Shown piece after piece: positions 28,673-32,000 of a DNA stretch of 32,000 bases (the stretch's first letter is position 1; each line of letters starts with the position of its first letter). The position numbers and the translations under genes were made by a program. Source of the DNA: Amoeboradix gromovi X-113 (taxonomy: Eukaryota; Fungi; Sanchytriomycota); the NCBI GenBank assembly GCA_018985225.1, contig JADGIF010000015.1:9656-41655 (forward strand), given 5' to 3'. The notes under the pieces are model-generated. The model was not told where the DNA came from and searched no databases. It was given only the letters and a program-made list of their open reading frames with translations.

Positions 28673-30944
28673 ATGGAGAATCTTCAATATTTGGTTCAAA
28701 AAGTTCTTAATAAACAGGATGTAGATGATGAATTACAACTATATACTAAAATTCTTAACTCTAATCTAAAGTCCAATACCTCTTTGTGTCAGGTAGACCA
28801 TCTAATTAGGAAAAAGCTGTTGCTAAGCAATTCTGCCCTAGATTATGCCACATTGTTCAACAGATTAAATCAGAACCATGTACCAAATTTACCTAAGCTC
28901 CTATACTTTTTATACCTGGTTTCCAATCTGCAAAAGCTAAAGCCTCAATTTGTAATACCATCAGTAGAATTCATGGAAAAAGCTTTTTCAACGCCCATAC
29001 CATTATTGGAAGATAATGAAATGAAAGCAGAAACAAGTTCTGCAGTCTTCAACGAGCAGGAGAATGAATTCTGCCAAGACTTGTTTTTTATTTTTCAAGG
29101 CATTGATGGCAAATTCATATCATTTAAAAATTCAAGTCCAGAAACAAGCCTGACTTTTAATCAAAATGACTCTTTGATTGTCAAAGAGTTGTTTCGCTTG
29201 GGTGAATTGGCTTTTCAGCTAAAGACCTTCATTTGTACGCCAACAAACTCATTTCTGATCAGATCCATTCAGTCCGGAGTAGAGATAGAATTGAGAACAA
29301 TGCAGGAGCTATCTATATCTGCTCAATTTAGGCCTTTAAGTCTATTGCATCTTTATGCGCAGGTCTTTCCCTTTTTTTACAGATACAAGTTTATTTTCGA
29401 CATATTTAAAGAGGTAGATACTTCTGAACTGACTAGTGCTGCCATAGATCTAATTATCTCATACTTGGATGCAGGATTTGCAAGCGGCGATGATCTAAAA
29501 AGAGAACTAAGTGAAAGATTTCTAAATCTCATCTCCAAACCGTACAGGGAGCAAATATATAACTGGATGATGTACGGTGAATTAAACGACCCCTTCAATG
29601 AATTCTTCATCGTTAAAAATGAAGAGAACTATGATTTTCCAAATTCTCTATTTTGGTCTCATGCATTCTATAGCAGGTCTTCCTCTATTCCACTTTTGAA
29701 AAACGAAAAGCAGCGCGAACTGATACTAAATGTGGGCAAGTCATCCAGATTATTGGGTTTAAGCGATTCCAATTCAACGTGGCTGATCAATAATTTCAAA
29801 ACATTTGAAAAACAAGAATTAAACTTGAGAGACAAGTCTGGTACTCTAAAACTTCTCAAAAAGATTAAAACACATGTGGACCGGCAGTTGATTTCGTTGT
29901 TTAAAGACAAATTGCAGTTATTTCAGTGCATGCAATTTCTAAAAGATTTGTTCTTTACCCAGCGTGGAGACTTGTTGTTGGAGACGTATCATCAGCTGCA
30001 GCAGTATCTTGAAATGCCAGCCAATGCAATTGTTTACGAAGCATCTTCAATTGTCGACTTTTGTTATAAACAGCATTACAAATATCCTTACAAATGCAAA
30101 TTGGTAATTTTAAATTTTAGTGATCGCAGCTTGCTATGGTCCTGCCTATGCTTCCAACCAGAATTTCCCTTTCCGCTTGACAACTTTTTTGACAACAAGA
30201 TAATTAAACGATATCAAGGAATGTTTGGATTTTTCAACTCCTTGAAGTATATATACTACCGTTTAACTCACTTGTGGAAGCAATTGAAATCTCTTTACCT
30301 GATTGTTAAAGTTAATGTTCCACAATTTTACAAGTTTCTTAGAATTGTTGCAGTTTGGAACCAGCAATATGTTTCAATAATCTCTCAGGTTTTGTATTAC
30401 AGCTTGTACGAGGTAGTAGAAAAGAATTGCAAAGATTTGGATAGCTTTATAAAGACGCAGGAATATGGATTGCAAGAGCTGATATCAGAGCATGTGAATG
30501 TTATTAAAACCTTGAGAGGTGCAACTAGTTTAGAATCAGATAACAACACTAACTATAGCAATTTATGGCAGTTGCTACAGGATTTGCATAAATATGTGTT
30601 ACAGCAAGTAATTTGGACTAACTTAGAATGAAATATTTGGGAACTTAGAACTGCTAATTGCACATAAGATCAAATTGGAAAGACAGTACGCAGAAAAGGT
30701 TCCGTGGGATACAACGGGGATATATGAAGAAGTGGACGTAATAGAGAAAAAATGCAGCTTTATTGAGAGCACAAATATGAATTTGAAATCAACAACATCC
30801 TCGTTTGTGAGTTTAATATCAAGTGCAAAAGAACATGATTTCAAACAACTAAGTAGTAGGATCAACTTCAATGGCTATTACAATAACGAAATAATGGATG
30901 GTAGTGTGACAGCAACTAGCATCTATACAACACCGGGGCATTAA
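28673..30944 (+). CDS. SPC98: Gamma-tubulin complex component 3 (GCP3/Spc98) (exons 28673-30607, 30627-30944)
   Basis: DLFFIFQGIDGKFI, WMMYGELNDPFNEFFI, ILNVGKS, FFTQRGD; second exon LSSRINFNGYY. Confidence 0.88.
30608..30626 (+). other. 19-nt spliceosomal intron (GCP3)
   Basis: GTAATTTGGACTAACTTAG; joins to the frame of ORF 30675-30944. Confidence 0.92.
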
Positions 30945-32000
30945 GTAAAGGCTTTTAAGTGAAGTCACATCTTTAATTCTTTTCTGCTGTGTTTCTTGTT
31001 GGCTTATGGTAAAATGAATTATTGAAAGCTAGTGAACCGCTTGCTCATAAAGATAACTATACATGCTTTGCACGCAAGTCAGAAATTAGATGACAGTATT
31101 AAACCTTGCAGATTGTAATCAGGCTTACTGCCAATTTTTTGCATTATATCCTGGTGGTTTCACTGCTCGATGGTCCTATGGAATGGTTTGATGGAACATG
31201 CAGAGTCAAAACTGTGCATGCAGCCTCTCGCTTGGGTAAAAACATGCAGAGGTAGATCTACCGTAGCTGATTACACTTAATGAAGCTCAAAGTCAGTCAA
31301 ATCTTAAGTTTTGACCACTAATTAATAGTACTTAGGTAGGTCGAATATCTTATTTGCTCAGCATGACTCGAAGTGCATTCTTTCCACCTAATTAAAAGAC
31401 CCAGTCTCCAAGAGAATTGAGAATATCCACAATGAAACTGAAAAAGATTGCGATTGAAGTTAAGAAAGTAGGACGAGCTGTTAAACATATGCAACTGCAG
31501 AAAGATGATTAATTAGAGAGTTAGGATTCTTGTAATCACTACAAATGATTTACTAAACTAAGATAGACTACAGAAGAAGGATGTTTGTGTACTATCTAAT
31601 TTTTATGCTGTTAGAGGTATCTACAAAAGCAATTATTGGCACAATAAAAGTCATATAATCCTGATAAAGGGTATGTTCAATTGAAGTCGATAGCCATAAT
31701 TTATCAAATAACAGTTTTTAATTTTGAAACTATCTCAATGCTCTATCTTCAGTCAGAAATTCAAAAGCAACTAAACTCCTATTCTGCAAATTTTGAGGAA
31801 GACATTCAAAAAAATTAGATCAACTAAGAAGCAAATTGCACGAGCTGATGGAACGCAATATCAGCGCCATTTATCCATTTATGATGACTTGTTTTCTCAA
31901 TACCAAAGATTGCAACTATTAAGCCCATTGCATTCTCCTTCTCATAGAAATAGTTTAAAAGAGAACTTCAACCATAGAGATCCTGACGAACATACACAGA

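Noticed and set aside
7159-30626. Split ORFs explained as frameshift errors, pseudogenes or stop-codon reassignment
   Set aside because: Each break coincides with a GT-AG segment sharing one consensus, whose removal restores the frame; TAA, TAG and TGA all end conserved proteins.
1612-30871. Short antisense or alternate-frame ORFs overlapping the conserved genes
   Set aside because: These are shadow ORFs without recognisable motifs.
1-32000. Nucleomorph or microsporidian origin
   Set aside because: SCO1, Mia40, a mitoribosomal protein, ADAM, INTS3 and abundant transposon remnants do not fit either.
1-32000. CRISPR array, tRNA or rRNA genes
   Set aside because: No regularly spaced repeats, cloverleaf or rRNA motifs were seen by eye.
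30960-32000. Coding-like fragments at the window end
   Set aside because: Interrupted in all frames, with no 19-nt intron solution or family recognised; left uncalled.

Overview
Eukaryotic, AT-rich, very gene-dense genomic DNA in the standard genetic code (TAA, TAG and TGA all act as stops). It most likely comes from an early-diverging fungus or related opisthokont with respiring mitochondria: SCO1, Mia40 and a mitoribosomal protein are present, and INTS3 and an animal-type soluble Mia40 are retained. About 21 protein genes can be read: eIF2-alpha, Efm4, U5-40K, MMtag-like, MCM3, Rpn2, TatD, an unknown ORF, bL31m, SmB, PIG-M, SRP9-like, Rpt6, a ZIP transporter, an ADAM protease, PDK1, INTS3, Mia40, SCO1, Lto1 and GCP3. 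Two things stand out. (1) Nine spliceosomal introns can be reconstructed by hand; eight are exactly 19 nt and one is 21 nt, and all have a branch-type YTNAY fixed at -9..-5 from the 3' end. (2) The intergenic spaces hold seven non-autonomous copies (about 10% of the window) of two unrelated TnpB/Fanzor-derived elements. Family A has four copies, a Fanzor2/IS607-TnpB-like C-terminal remnant, no TIRs and a conserved structured 3' end. Family B has three copies with 30-bp TIRs, a 4-bp ANNT TSD, a shared ACA upstream of the left end and a Fanzor1-like CxxC...RD remnant. Every copy has lost most of the nuclease gene but keeps the 3' end where the omegaRNA scaffold would lie, so they look like dispersed guide-RNA (ghost) loci. 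All alignments, splice calls and structures were made by eye; no searches were run.
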